Below, piece by piece: positions 42,326 through 51,292 of a stretch of 64,000 nucleotides of DNA. The notes under the pieces are model-generated. The model worked only from the letters and a program-made list of their open reading frames with translations. It had not been told where the DNA came from and did not search any database. How positions within the stretch are numbered: position 1 is the stretch's first letter; each line of letters opens with the position of its first letter. Origin of the DNA: an uncultured Solirubrobacterales bacterium. Its GTDB lineage: Bacteria; Actinomycetota; Thermoleophilia; Solirubrobacterales; 70-9. The translations under genes were made by a program, and so were the position numbers. The stretch is from contig CAWEQY010000008.1 of the NCBI GenBank assembly GCA_963811375.1, positions 34,092-98,091 on the forward strand. The letters are read 5' to 3'.

Positions 42326-44084
42326 CGCGGTCACGATAGCGGCCGTTGTCCTGCTGGTCGCGGCAGCACCGGCGAGCGCGCGGGTCTCGCTCGTCCTGCT
42401 TCCCCCGGGGGCATCCGTCGACGAAGTGGCGGCGGCTGGAATGTCGCCGGGGTTGATGAGTGCGGGCCTGGGGTCGGTATCAGCGGAGCAGACGTACCTG
42501 GACATTGGCCAGGGGAATCGGGTCTTCGATTCGCTCTACGAGGGGGAGTTGGCAAGCGCGGATGCGCCGTTAAATCGCCCCGTGACCGATGCCGCGATCC
42601 TGCGGCGGGCGGAATCGGCTCCGGCCGAGATCGTGCCGGGGCTGTTGGCGAGGACGCTCGGGCGGGCGGGCAGGGCGCTCGAGGTTCGCGCTGCCTCTGT
42701 GCCCCAGCTCGCGGGCCTTGTCGCGAGCTTGCGCGGGAACGACCTGCTGATCGCGATCGAGCGGCCGCCGCCCGAAAAGGACCGGGCTCTGGCCATCGGC
42801 ATTGCCGGGGCGGGCTACGACGGCAATCTGACCTCGGACAGCACCCGACTCGACGGCTATGTCCTCTCCACGGACGTGGCGCCGACGATCTTGGAGCGCC
42901 TCGGCGTGGCGGTGCCCTCGCAGATGTCGGGCGAGCCAATCCGCGCCGAGGGAGAGGTCGATCCGGCCGCGGTAATCGCCCTCGGCGACCGGATGGCGGT
43001 GGTCTCTGACCGACGGGGGCCGGTGATCGGGTTGAGCCTGCTGGCCTGGGCCCTGGCGCTCGGGCTCACGGCTGGCCTTGCTGGCGCAGCCGCTGCTCGC
43101 ACCGCGGTGAGAGTCGCGGGATTGGCTGTCGTGTACGTGCCGCTGCTGCTGTTGGTCGGGGCGGCGATCGCGTCGGGGGAGACGGCGGAAATGCTGTTGA
43201 CGATGCTCGGCGCGCCGCTGCTGGCGGCGTTGACGCTGGCGCTGTTCGGCGGCTACCGGGCGCTGGCGCTGGCTTCGGCGCTGACGGTGCTCGCCTGCGG
43301 GGTCGATGTCATCGCGGGCTCGCCGCTGACGGCGCTTTCCCTGCAGGGGCCCAATCCGGGGCTCGGCGTCCGCTTCTATGGAATCGGCAACGAGCTCGAG
43401 GCGCCGCTGGCGGTGCTGACCATCGCCGGTACCGGGGCCGCGTTGACCGGGTTCGCGCCAGGGCTGTCGCCGCGCGGCCGCGCGATCGCCTTCCTCGCGG
43501 CCGGCCTCGCCGCAGCCTTCGTCTTCGCGGCGGGGCGTTTCGGGGCCGACGTCGGCGCGGCGATCGTCCTCCCGGTCGGGGCCGCCACCGCGGCGGCGGC
43601 GATTGCCGGGCGTCGGCGCCGGGTGGCACTGCTGGTCGCGGTCGTGCCCTTCGCTGCCCTGGCTCTGTTGGCACTCGGCGACTTGCTCTCGGGCGCCAAC
43701 GCCCACCTCACCCGCTCGGTCCTGGACGCCGGTGGCTTGGGCGATCTCGGCGACGTTGCCGAGCGCCGCTTGCGCCTCTCCGCGCACAGCCTTCTGCGGC
43801 CGCTCAGCTTCGTCTTCCTGCCCCTGGTCGCCCTTCTGGCCGCTGTGGCGGTGGCGCGCCGCGACCGGCTGCGCGCCTGGCTGCAGCCCCACCCGGCGCT
43901 GCAGGCCGGGCTGATTGGGGCCGCCGTCGCCACCGCGGTCGGCGCCCTCGTCAACGATTCCGGCGCCCTGGTGCTGGAGATCGGAGCCGCCTACCTGCTC
44001 GTCTTTGTCGGCTTCGCCTGGGCGGAGGCCGAGCCGCCTCCGCTAACGCAGACAAAAAGTTACACTTCAGTGTCCCGATCTTAA
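42303..44084 (+). CDS. Large polytopic membrane protein with N-terminal extracytoplasmic domain
   Basis: A signal/anchor segment AVTIAAVVLLVAAAPASA precedes a soluble ~250-aa domain and at least 9 hydrophobic helices. The start is uncertain: TTG 42303 would overlap the divergent hemQ start. Confidence 0.5.
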   Translation: MANVRSAIAVTIAAVVLLVAAAPASARVSLVLLPPGASVDEVAAAGMSPGLMSAGLGSVSAEQTYLDIGQGNRVFDSLYEGELASADAPLNRPVTDAAILRRAESAPAEIVPGLLARTLGRAGRALEVRAASVPQLAGLVASLRGNDLLIAIERPPPEKDRALAIGIAGAGYDGNLTSDSTRLDGYVLSTDVAPTILERLGVAVPSQMSGEPIRAEGEVDPAAVIALGDRMAVVSDRRGPVIGLSLLAWALALGLTAGLAGAAAARTAVRVAGLAVVYVPLLLLVGAAIASGETAEMLLTMLGAPLLAALTLALFGGYRALALASALTVLACGVDVIAGSPLTALSLQGPNPGLGVRFYGIGNELEAPLAVLTIAGTGAALTGFAPGLSPRGRAIAFLAAGLAAAFVFAAGRFGADVGAAIVLPVGAATAAAAIAGRRRRVALLVAVVPFAALALLALGDLLSGANAHLTRSVLDAGGLGDLGDVAERRLRLSAHSLLRPLSFVFLPLVALLAAVAVARRDRLRAWLQPHPALQAGLIGAAVATAVGALVNDSGALVLEIGAAYLLVFVGFAWAEAEPPPLTQTKSYTSVSRS

Positions 44085-44272
44085 GCAGTCGTTCTCTGGC
44101 AAGTCGCATTGACTCGTTGCAGCGAACGATCGTCCAGGTCGGCGGAACTTTGATCGCCGCGTTCGTGGCTGATGGCGGCGGTCCTCGGCTTGATCGCCAC
44201 CCAGCTCTGATCGCCAGTTGCCAGCAGCTGCGTCGCGGGCGAGGCCGGTCGATGATCTACCCTTAACCGTTC

Positions 44273-46597
44273 GTGCGCATAGCTCTCGTCTCGCCATATT
44301 CCTGGTCCTACCAGGGGGGCGTGAACCGGCACGTGGAAGCGCTTGCCGAGGAGTTCCTCGGCCGTGGCCACGACGTTCGCGTGCTTGCCCCCTATGACCC
44401 GCCTGGCCGGGTCAGTCGCGTGCTGCATCGGGCAGCGCCCGAACCGCGCGAGATGCCCGACTACCTGACGCCGCTGGGGCGGACGATGGGCTTCGGTGTC
44501 AACGGATCCGTCGGCAACCTGGCGCCGTTTCCAGCTGGCGGCGTGCTGGCACCCCGCCGCGAGGTGCGGCGGGAGGAGTTCGACGTCATCCACGTCCATG
44601 AGCCGCTGGCGCCGTTGGTCGGCTGGAACGCGACCCTTGGAGCAAGGACTCCGGTCGTCGGCACCTTCCACGCTTACTCGACCAAGCCGATGCCCAACTA
44701 CATCGCCAATTCGCTCGGTGCCCGTCGCATGTTCAACCGCCTCTCGGCTCGGATCGCCGTCTCCGAGGCAGCCGCCTGGACCGGGCGCCGCTGGTACGGC
44801 GGCGACTACACGATCATCCCCAACGGAGTCGATGTCGACACCGCCCCGAGCGCGCCGTCGGCGCCGGCGGGCGAGCTGCGCATCCTTTTCGTCGGCCGCC
44901 CGGAGGAGCGCAAGGGGCTGCCGATCCTCCTCACCGCCTTCGGCGCCCTGGTCGAGCACGTCCCCTGCCGGCTCACCGTGATCGGCGCCGAGCGCGAGGA
45001 CGTGCTCCGCTATCTCGCCGATCCCGAGCTGCTGCGCTGGATCGACATCCGTGGTCGCGTCTCCGGCGACAGTCTCTGGACGGAGCTGCACGGCGCCGAC
45101 GTCCTCTGCGCTCCCTCGCTCTCCGGTGAGAGCTTCGGCATGGTGTTGACCGAGGCCTTCGCCGCCGGGACCCCGGTGATCGCCTCCAACATCGCCGGCT
45201 ACAGCGACGTCGTCAGCGACGGGGTCGACGGTCTCCTGGTGCCACCGGGCGATCCGCAGCGGCTGGCCGAGGAGCTGCAGCGCGTCCATCACGAACCCGA
45301 TCGCCTGACGTCGATGGGGGCGGCGGCCCGGCGCAGCGCCCAGCGCTACGCCTGGCCCCACGTCGCCAACCAGGTGACGGAGGTCTACGAGCGGGCGATT
45401 GCCGCGCCTCAGCCGTCCGGCGTCGGCGAGCGCGTCACCCACTGGGCCGGGCTGCGACCCGCCGACGGCGGCCCTCGCCACCCGGCGCAGAAGCTGCCGT
45501 CGCTGGACCCGGCGCCGGCGCGGCCGGGGAGGCGCGGTCGCGCGGTCGCTCGGCGCGCGGGGCTGGTCGTCGCCGGCGCCCTGGGAGTCGGGCTGACCGT
45601 GCTCGCCGCGCAGAAGATCGGCGTCGACAACGTGGTCGAAAGCATCGTCCGCTCGAACCTCACCTGGGTGCTGATTGCCTGCGCCCTGATGGCCGCATCG
45701 CTCTTTTTCCGCGCTGCCTCCTGGTACTGGATCGCCCGTGCGGCGCTGCCGAACCGGTCCGTTCGGCGCCGCGACGTCACCTCGGCGACGATGATCGGGG
45801 TGCTGATGTCGGCGACCTTGCCCGCGCGCCTTGGCGAGCCCGCCCGCGCCCTCGCTCTCGCCCGCCGCACCGGCCGGATGCGAGAAACCTTCCCGGTCCT
45901 GCTCGGGACCCTGGTCTCGCAGACGATGCTCAACCTGGTGGCGCTGGCGCTGCTCGGGGTGATCATCGTCTCCTCGACGCCGCTCTTTCACTCCGGCACC
46001 CAGAAGCTGTTCGTCTTCAGCTTGGTGCCGCTGCTGCTCCTGGTCATCGTCCTGGTCGCGCCGATGCTGATGCGCCGCAACGGCAACGGCCGTCTGGCCA
46101 GGGCCGGCGCCTCCCTGCATCGGGCACTGGTCCAGGTGAGGGCCGGCCTTGCGGTCTTCCGGGATCCGCGCCGCGGGACCGCCGCCGCGGCTGCCCAGCT
46201 CGGCGCCTGGGCGATCCAGCTTGCTGCCTGCTGGGCGCTGCTTTACGCGCTCGGCCTCGACGGCAAGGCCGGGATCGGCGCCGCCGCGGCGGTCCTCTTC
46301 GCGGTCAACGTCACGGCGGTCGTGCCCGCCACCCCCTCGAACATCGGCGTCTTCCAGCTGGCGGTGATCAGCGTCCTCCACACCGGCTTTGACGTCAGCA
46401 CCGCGGACGCCCTCGCTTACGGAGTCATCCTTCAAGCCGTCGAGATCGCCACCGCTGTTGCCCTGGGCCTGCCGGCTCTCGTCCGCGAGGGGCTGACCTG
46501 GAGCGATCTGCGCGTGCAGGCACTCTCGGCTGCACCAGTGCATCTCGAGTCGAAACCCCGCGAGCGCTCACACGCCAGTCGTGAGGGCGCCGTCTAG
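44273..46597 (+). CDS. GT4-family glycosyltransferase fused to a flippase-like (lysyl-PG-synthase TM region type) membrane domain
   Basis: The N-terminus is RIALVSPYSWSYQGGVNRHVEALAEEF...ESFGMVLTEAFAAGTPVIAS (EX7E). The C-terminal ~330 aa are polytopic. Confidence 0.8.
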   Translation: MRIALVSPYSWSYQGGVNRHVEALAEEFLGRGHDVRVLAPYDPPGRVSRVLHRAAPEPREMPDYLTPLGRTMGFGVNGSVGNLAPFPAGGVLAPRREVRREEFDVIHVHEPLAPLVGWNATLGARTPVVGTFHAYSTKPMPNYIANSLGARRMFNRLSARIAVSEAAAWTGRRWYGGDYTIIPNGVDVDTAPSAPSAPAGELRILFVGRPEERKGLPILLTAFGALVEHVPCRLTVIGAEREDVLRYLADPELLRWIDIRGRVSGDSLWTELHGADVLCAPSLSGESFGMVLTEAFAAGTPVIASNIAGYSDVVSDGVDGLLVPPGDPQRLAEELQRVHHEPDRLTSMGAAARRSAQRYAWPHVANQVTEVYERAIAAPQPSGVGERVTHWAGLRPADGGPRHPAQKLPSLDPAPARPGRRGRAVARRAGLVVAGALGVGLTVLAAQKIGVDNVVESIVRSNLTWVLIACALMAASLFFRAASWYWIARAALPNRSVRRRDVTSATMIGVLMSATLPARLGEPARALALARRTGRMRETFPVLLGTLVSQTMLNLVALALLGVIIVSSTPLFHSGTQKLFVFSLVPLLLLVIVLVAPMLMRRNGNGRLARAGASLHRALVQVRAGLAVFRDPRRGTAAAAAQLGAWAIQLAACWALLYALGLDGKAGIGAAAAVLFAVNVTAVVPATPSNIGVFQLAVISVLHTGFDVSTADALAYGVILQAVEIATAVALGLPALVREGLTWSDLRVQALSAAPVHLESKPRERSHASREGAV

Positions 46598-46690
46598 CTT
46601 GATCAGTCGTCCTTGATGGGTATAAATTGGTACCCATAGAGTCTCTGAGTGGGGAGATTTGCGTTCAGAGCAATCTGAAGGGGTGCCTGG

Positions 46691-47539
46691 ATGAATTACG
46701 ACCCAGCCTTGCTGGAGCAGGTCGCACAGCGGTTCTGGCGCGACATGTGGAGATCGGTGACGCCGGATGCAGTAGCCGAATCCGGTGTCGAGGTGAAGAA
46801 CTTCGGGCCGGTCCAGGCGACTGCCTTTGGCGACCTGCCGGAGGTCCACAGCCTCAACCAGATCCAGGGGGCAGCCGAGCCGGGCGCGGTCGAGGGCGGG
46901 TATCTGGCTCGAGCGGTCGAATGGATGCGCGCCTGGGAGGTCGACTACCGCGTGCCGGTCGCCGAGAGCCGGCCCGGTGCCGAAGACGCGGAGGCCTGGC
47001 TCAATGCCCGTGGCTACGAGCGCGGCAGTGGCTGGGTGAAGATGGTTCGCGAGGCATCCCCACCGGCTCTGCCGGCCAATCCCGACGTGACGATCTTCGA
47101 GCTGGGCGAGCATGAAGCCGACGGCGAAGGCTTGAGCTCGATCGCTGCCGAGATGCTCGGCCTGCCAATAACCGCGGGGTCCCTCTTCTTCTCGTTGCCT
47201 CAGGAGAAGCAATGGCGCTGCTACACGGCGGCACTGGCGCCGCGGGAAGAAATCGTCGCGACCGGCTCGATGCTGATCGATAATGGAGTCGCCCAGCTGG
47301 GCCCCGGCACCACGCTCGAGCACGGACGGGGACGGGGGTGCAACACGGAGCTGCTGCGCCGCCGGCTTCTCGATGCCGTCGAGGCGGGCTGCCACACGGT
47401 CTTCGTCGAGCTGGGCGAACGCGAGCCCGAGCTCCTCTCCGCCGCGTACCGCAACCTGCGACGGGCCGGCTTCGAGGAGGCCTACAAGAGCCGCAACTGG
47501 CAGCGCCCGGCGCTGCATCCCGCCGAGGTAATCGAGTAG
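46691..47539 (+). CDS. GNAT-like N-acetyltransferase (tentative)
   Basis: The C-terminal half has the acetyl-CoA loop-like HGRGRGCNTELLRRRL. No other motif recognised. Confidence 0.5.
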   Translation: MNYDPALLEQVAQRFWRDMWRSVTPDAVAESGVEVKNFGPVQATAFGDLPEVHSLNQIQGAAEPGAVEGGYLARAVEWMRAWEVDYRVPVAESRPGAEDAEAWLNARGYERGSGWVKMVREASPPALPANPDVTIFELGEHEADGEGLSSIAAEMLGLPITAGSLFFSLPQEKQWRCYTAALAPREEIVATGSMLIDNGVAQLGPGTTLEHGRGRGCNTELLRRRLLDAVEAGCHTVFVELGEREPELLSAAYRNLRRAGFEEAYKSRNWQRPALHPAEVIE

Positions 47540-47555
47540 CGAGCTCTAAGTCTGC

Positions 47556-50500
47556 TCAGGCCCTGGCCGTGGCCGGCTCGGGCGCGTCCTCGTCCGGATC
47601 GGACTCGGGCGGCAGCTCGCCACCGCGGTCGGTGCCGGCGATCAGCTCGTCCGGCGCCTTCTCCGCGGGGATGAAGCCGGACTTCATGCCGAAGTAGACG
47701 GCCTGGGGGTGGTGGGCGACGATCGCCACCGTCGACTGCTCGGGCATCACCGCGTAGCCGTCGGAGAGGGTCATGCCGATCTCTTCCAAGCCGAGCAGGC
47801 GCCAGACCTTCTCGTGCTCGGACTGGTCCGGGCAGGCCGGGTAGCCCCAGGAGTAGCGGCGTCCCTGGTCGGGATCGATCTCGAGCTGGCGGCGGATGTC
47901 GGAGTGCAGCCACTCGGCCAGGCCCTCGGCGGACTGCACACCGAGCCCGTGCACGAAGAGCTGTTCGGCGAACTCGCCCTCGCGCTCCAGCTTCTCGATC
48001 AGCTCGGTGACCTCGGGGCCGACGGTGACGCCCTGGAGGGCGACCAGGTCGCGCTCGCCCGAGTCGAGCGGCCGGTAGAAGTCGGCGAGGCAGATGCGGT
48101 CGTGCTTGGGCTGGCGCGGAAAGACCAGGCGCTCGATCTCGCGCTCGTGGTCCTCGGGGTCGAAGATCACCAGCTCGTTGCCGTCGGAGTTGCAGGGGAA
48201 GTAGCCGAGCCGCGCCCGCGGGTGCAGGTAGTCCTGCTCGCGCCACATCCGCTCCAGCCGCGGCGCGAAGCCCTCCTCCTCGTCCGTCCCCTCGACCAGC
48301 TGGCGCCAGGCCTCGCCCTTGACCCCGCGCCCGCCCCAGTGCAGCTTGAAGAGCACGTGGCGGTCGAGGTAGGGGTAGACGTTCTCGAGGTCGATCGGGA
48401 TCTCGCGGGCGCCCCAGAATGGCGGCGCCGGAATCGGATTGTCGGTGGCGGTGGCCGAGCGCACACTGGCATCGGTGACCGGCGGTGAGTCGTCAACTAC
48501 GACCGGCTTCTCCCGTAGCTGCTTGGCCTCGGCCCGGATCCGCTCGACCAGCGCCGCGCGGGCGGGCTCGTCGACCAGCGCGTCCATCGTGTCCAGGCCC
48601 TGGAAGGCGTCCTTGCAGTAGAAGACTCCGGGCTCGTAGATGTCGTCGGACTCGCGGCCCTTGGGGTAGAGCGTGCGGCGGCCGAAGTCGCGATTGATCG
48701 CGGCGCCGCCGATCAGCACCGGGAACTCGAGCCCGCGCTGGTGCAGCTCCTGGATGCAGGCAGGCATCTGCTTCGAGGTCGAGACCAGCAGTGCCGAGAG
48801 CCCGATCGCGTCGGCCTCGTTCTCGACCGCGGCCTCGATGATGGCGTCGATCGGGACCTGCTTGCCGAGGTCGATCACCGTGTAGCCGTTGTTGGTGAGG
48901 ATCGTGTTGACGAGCGACTTGCCGATGTCGTGAACGTCGCCGAAGACGGTGGCGATCACGACCTTGCCCTTGGTGTGGCCGTCGATCCGGTCGAGGTGGT
49001 TCTCCAGCTGGGCGACGGCGCGCTTCATCACTTCGGCCGACTGCAGGACGAAGGGCAGGATCAGTTCGCCGGCGCCGAATTTGTCGCCAACCTCCTTCAT
49101 CGCCGGCAACAGCACCTCGTTCAGGGTCGGGACCGCGCCGATCTTCTTCACCGAGAGCTCGATCTGGTCCTCGACCCCGTCCTTCTTGCGACGCAGGATG
49201 TGCCAGTGCAGGGCCTCCTCGGGCTCCATCCCGGCGGTCGGGTCGGCGACCTCGGCCTCGGCCTCCTCGCCCTGGGACTCGAAGTGGGAGATGAACTTCT
49301 CCAGCGCGTCCTCGCGGCGGTTGAAGACGAGGTCGTTGGTCAGCTCGCGCTCCTCCTCGGAGATCTCGCCGTACGGGGTGATGTGGTTCGGGTTGACCAT
49401 CGCCAGGTCGAGCCCGGCCTCGACGCAGTGGTGCAGGAAGACGGAGTTGAGGATCGCCCGCGGCCGCGGCGAGATCCCGAAGGAGACGTTGGAGACGCCG
49501 AGCGAGGTCTTGACCCCGGGGATCTCCGCCTTGATCCGGCGGATGCCCTCGATCGTCTCGACCGCCGAGGGCTTCCACTCGTCGTCGCCGGTGGTCAGGG
49601 TGAAGGTCAGGGCATCGAAGATCAGCGCCTCCGGTTCGAGGCCGTGCTCCTCGCAGGCGATGTCCCGCAAGCGTTCGGCGATCTCGACCTTGCGCTGGGC
49701 GGTCTTCGCCATCCCGACCTCGTCGATCGTCAGCGCGATCAGCGCCGCCCCGTGGGCTTTGGCCAGCGGAATCACCTTGTCGGCCTTGTCGCGACCGGCC
49801 TCGAGGTTGATCGAGTTGACGATCGCCCGTCCGGGGATCGTCTCCAGCGCCGCCTTCAGCACCTCCGGCTCGGTCGAGTCGATCTGGATCGGCGTCGGCT
49901 GGGTCAGCGAGACCCGCTTCGCGACGGCACTCATCTGCTCGTCCTCGTCTTGGCGCTCGGTCAGCGCCACGCAGAGGTCGAGCACGTGGGCGCCGCCTTC
50001 GACCTGGTCTTCGGCAACCTGGACGAGGCCGTCGTAGTCGTCGGCCAGCAGCAGCTCCTTGGCTTTGCGCGAGCCCTGCGAGTTGACGCGCTCGCCGACC
50101 AGGGTCGGGCGCGGCTCCTGCACCAGCGCGGTCGAAGTCATCATCGAGGAGACCTCGATCGGTCCCGCGGCGGGGCGCTCGTCCGGAACGCGGCCCTTGA
50201 CCTGCTCGGCGATCGCGGCGATGTGCTCCGGCGTCGTGCCGCAGCAGCCGCCGACGATGCCGACGCCGTAGCGCTCGACGAACTCGCCCAGCGTCGCCGC
50301 CAGCGGCCCTGGCTTTTCCGGGAAGATCGTCTCGCCGTCGGGGCCCTGCAGGGGCAGGCCGGCGTTGGGAATGCAGTGAACCGGCAGCGGGCTGGTCTCG
50401 CCGAGGAAGCGGATCGCGTCGCGCATGTCCTCTGGCCCGGTCGAGCAGTTGAGCCCGATCACGTCGACGTCGAGCGCCCGCAGCGTCGTCAGCACCGCCT

Positions 50501-51119
50501 GGATGTCGGTCCCGAGCAACATCTTGCCGCCGTTGGGCAGCAGCGAGACGGAGGTCTGGATCGGCAGCGTGCGGCCGGTCTGGGCGAAGGCCTCGCGGGC
50601 GCCGAAGATCGCCGCCTTGACCTCGAGGATGTCCTGGGCGGTCTCGATGATGATCAGGTCGGCGCCGCCTTCGACCAGGCCGCGCGCCTGTTCGGCGAAG
50701 ACCTCGACCAGGGTGGCAAAGGAGATGTCGCCCAGGGTCGGGTCGGTCGAGGCCGGCAGGAACCCGGTCGGCCCGATCGAGCCGGCGACGAAGCGGTTCT
50801 CGCCGGCCGCCTTGCGGGCGATTTCGGCCGCCTTGACGTTGATCTCCAGCGTGTGCTCGCCGAGGCCCCACTCCTCGAGCTTCAGCCGCGAGGCCTGGAA
50901 GGTGTCGGTCTCGACCACCTCGGCGCCGGCTTCGAGCATCGAGCTGTGGACGCCCTCGATCACGTCGGGGCGATTCAGAACCAGCGCCTCGTGGCACTTG
51001 CCCTGGAGGCCACCGTAGTCCTCCTGGGTCAGGTCGAACATCTCCAGGGTCGCGCCCATGCCGCCGTCGAAGACGACTATGCGCTCTTTGGTTGCGGCTA
51101 TGAAATCGCGGTCGGGCAT
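47556..51119 (-). CDS. metH: Cobalamin-dependent methionine synthase
   Basis: 1187 aa. The Hcy-binding region is VFDGGMGT...GGCCGTTPEHI. The pterin-binding region is HVLDLCVA. The B12-binding region is VIATVFGDVHDIGKSLV (DxHxxG). A C-terminal AdoMet-activation domain follows. Confidence 0.95.
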   Translation of the reverse strand: MPDRDFIAATKERIVVFDGGMGATLEMFDLTQEDYGGLQGKCHEALVLNRPDVIEGVHSSMLEAGAEVVETDTFQASRLKLEEWGLGEHTLEINVKAAEIARKAAGENRFVAGSIGPTGFLPASTDPTLGDISFATLVEVFAEQARGLVEGGADLIIIETAQDILEVKAAIFGAREAFAQTGRTLPIQTSVSLLPNGGKMLLGTDIQAVLTTLRALDVDVIGLNCSTGPEDMRDAIRFLGETSPLPVHCIPNAGLPLQGPDGETIFPEKPGPLAATLGEFVERYGVGIVGGCCGTTPEHIAAIAEQVKGRVPDERPAAGPIEVSSMMTSTALVQEPRPTLVGERVNSQGSRKAKELLLADDYDGLVQVAEDQVEGGAHVLDLCVALTERQDEDEQMSAVAKRVSLTQPTPIQIDSTEPEVLKAALETIPGRAIVNSINLEAGRDKADKVIPLAKAHGAALIALTIDEVGMAKTAQRKVEIAERLRDIACEEHGLEPEALIFDALTFTLTTGDDEWKPSAVETIEGIRRIKAEIPGVKTSLGVSNVSFGISPRPRAILNSVFLHHCVEAGLDLAMVNPNHITPYGEISEEERELTNDLVFNRREDALEKFISHFESQGEEAEAEVADPTAGMEPEEALHWHILRRKKDGVEDQIELSVKKIGAVPTLNEVLLPAMKEVGDKFGAGELILPFVLQSAEVMKRAVAQLENHLDRIDGHTKGKVVIATVFGDVHDIGKSLVNTILTNNGYTVIDLGKQVPIDAIIEAAVENEADAIGLSALLVSTSKQMPACIQELHQRGLEFPVLIGGAAINRDFGRRTLYPKGRESDDIYEPGVFYCKDAFQGLDTMDALVDEPARAALVERIRAEAKQLREKPVVVDDSPPVTDASVRSATATDNPIPAPPFWGAREIPIDLENVYPYLDRHVLFKLHWGGRGVKGEAWRQLVEGTDEEEGFAPRLERMWREQDYLHPRARLGYFPCNSDGNELVIFDPEDHEREIERLVFPRQPKHDRICLADFYRPLDSGERDLVALQGVTVGPEVTELIEKLEREGEFAEQLFVHGLGVQSAEGLAEWLHSDIRRQLEIDPDQGRRYSWGYPACPDQSEHEKVWRLLGLEEIGMTLSDGYAVMPEQSTVAIVAHHPQAVYFGMKSGFIPAEKAPDELIAGTDRGGELPPESDPDEDAPEPATARA

Positions 51120-51292
51120 GAACTTAAAGAGGCTACCGGGGGCGCCGAACCGCCGGATCGCGTAGCGGGAGGGGTCCGGTCACCCTCCATTCGAATTTGT
51201 CGCTCCGCGCCCTATGGGCGCGTCGCTCCGGATGTTGGAGCGCGATCCCGAAGGAGGGGGTACCGACCTCCCTCCCCACAGGGCCTCCGTCC
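51120..51292 (-). promoter_or_regulatory. Structured GC-rich 173-nt leader upstream of metH (unclassified; candidate riboswitch/attenuator plus terminator of the upstream gene)
   Basis: Hairpins on the minus-strand RNA include GGGAGGG...CCCCUCC, CUCCAACAUCCGGAG, GCGCCC-AUA-GGGCGC flanked by a direct repeat GGAGCGAC, and GGAGGG-UGACCGGACC-CCUCCC. Confidence 0.3.

Noticed and set aside
44151-44215. Three TGATCGCC boxes upstream of the GT4 gene as an operator
   Set aside because: An 8-mer made of GATC plus GCC is likely to recur by chance in ~70 % G+C DNA. The spacing is irregular (40 and 17 nt) and there is no dyad symmetry.
51120-51292. Calling the metH leader a SAM-I, SAM-IV, SAH or cobalamin riboswitch
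   Set aside because: I could not find the characteristic conserved cores from memory (for example the B12 box, the SAM-IV GGCAACCCUCC...GGUGC context, or the SAH GAGGAGCGCUGC...AACGGCGCUC pairing). It is kept only as an unclassified structured leader.
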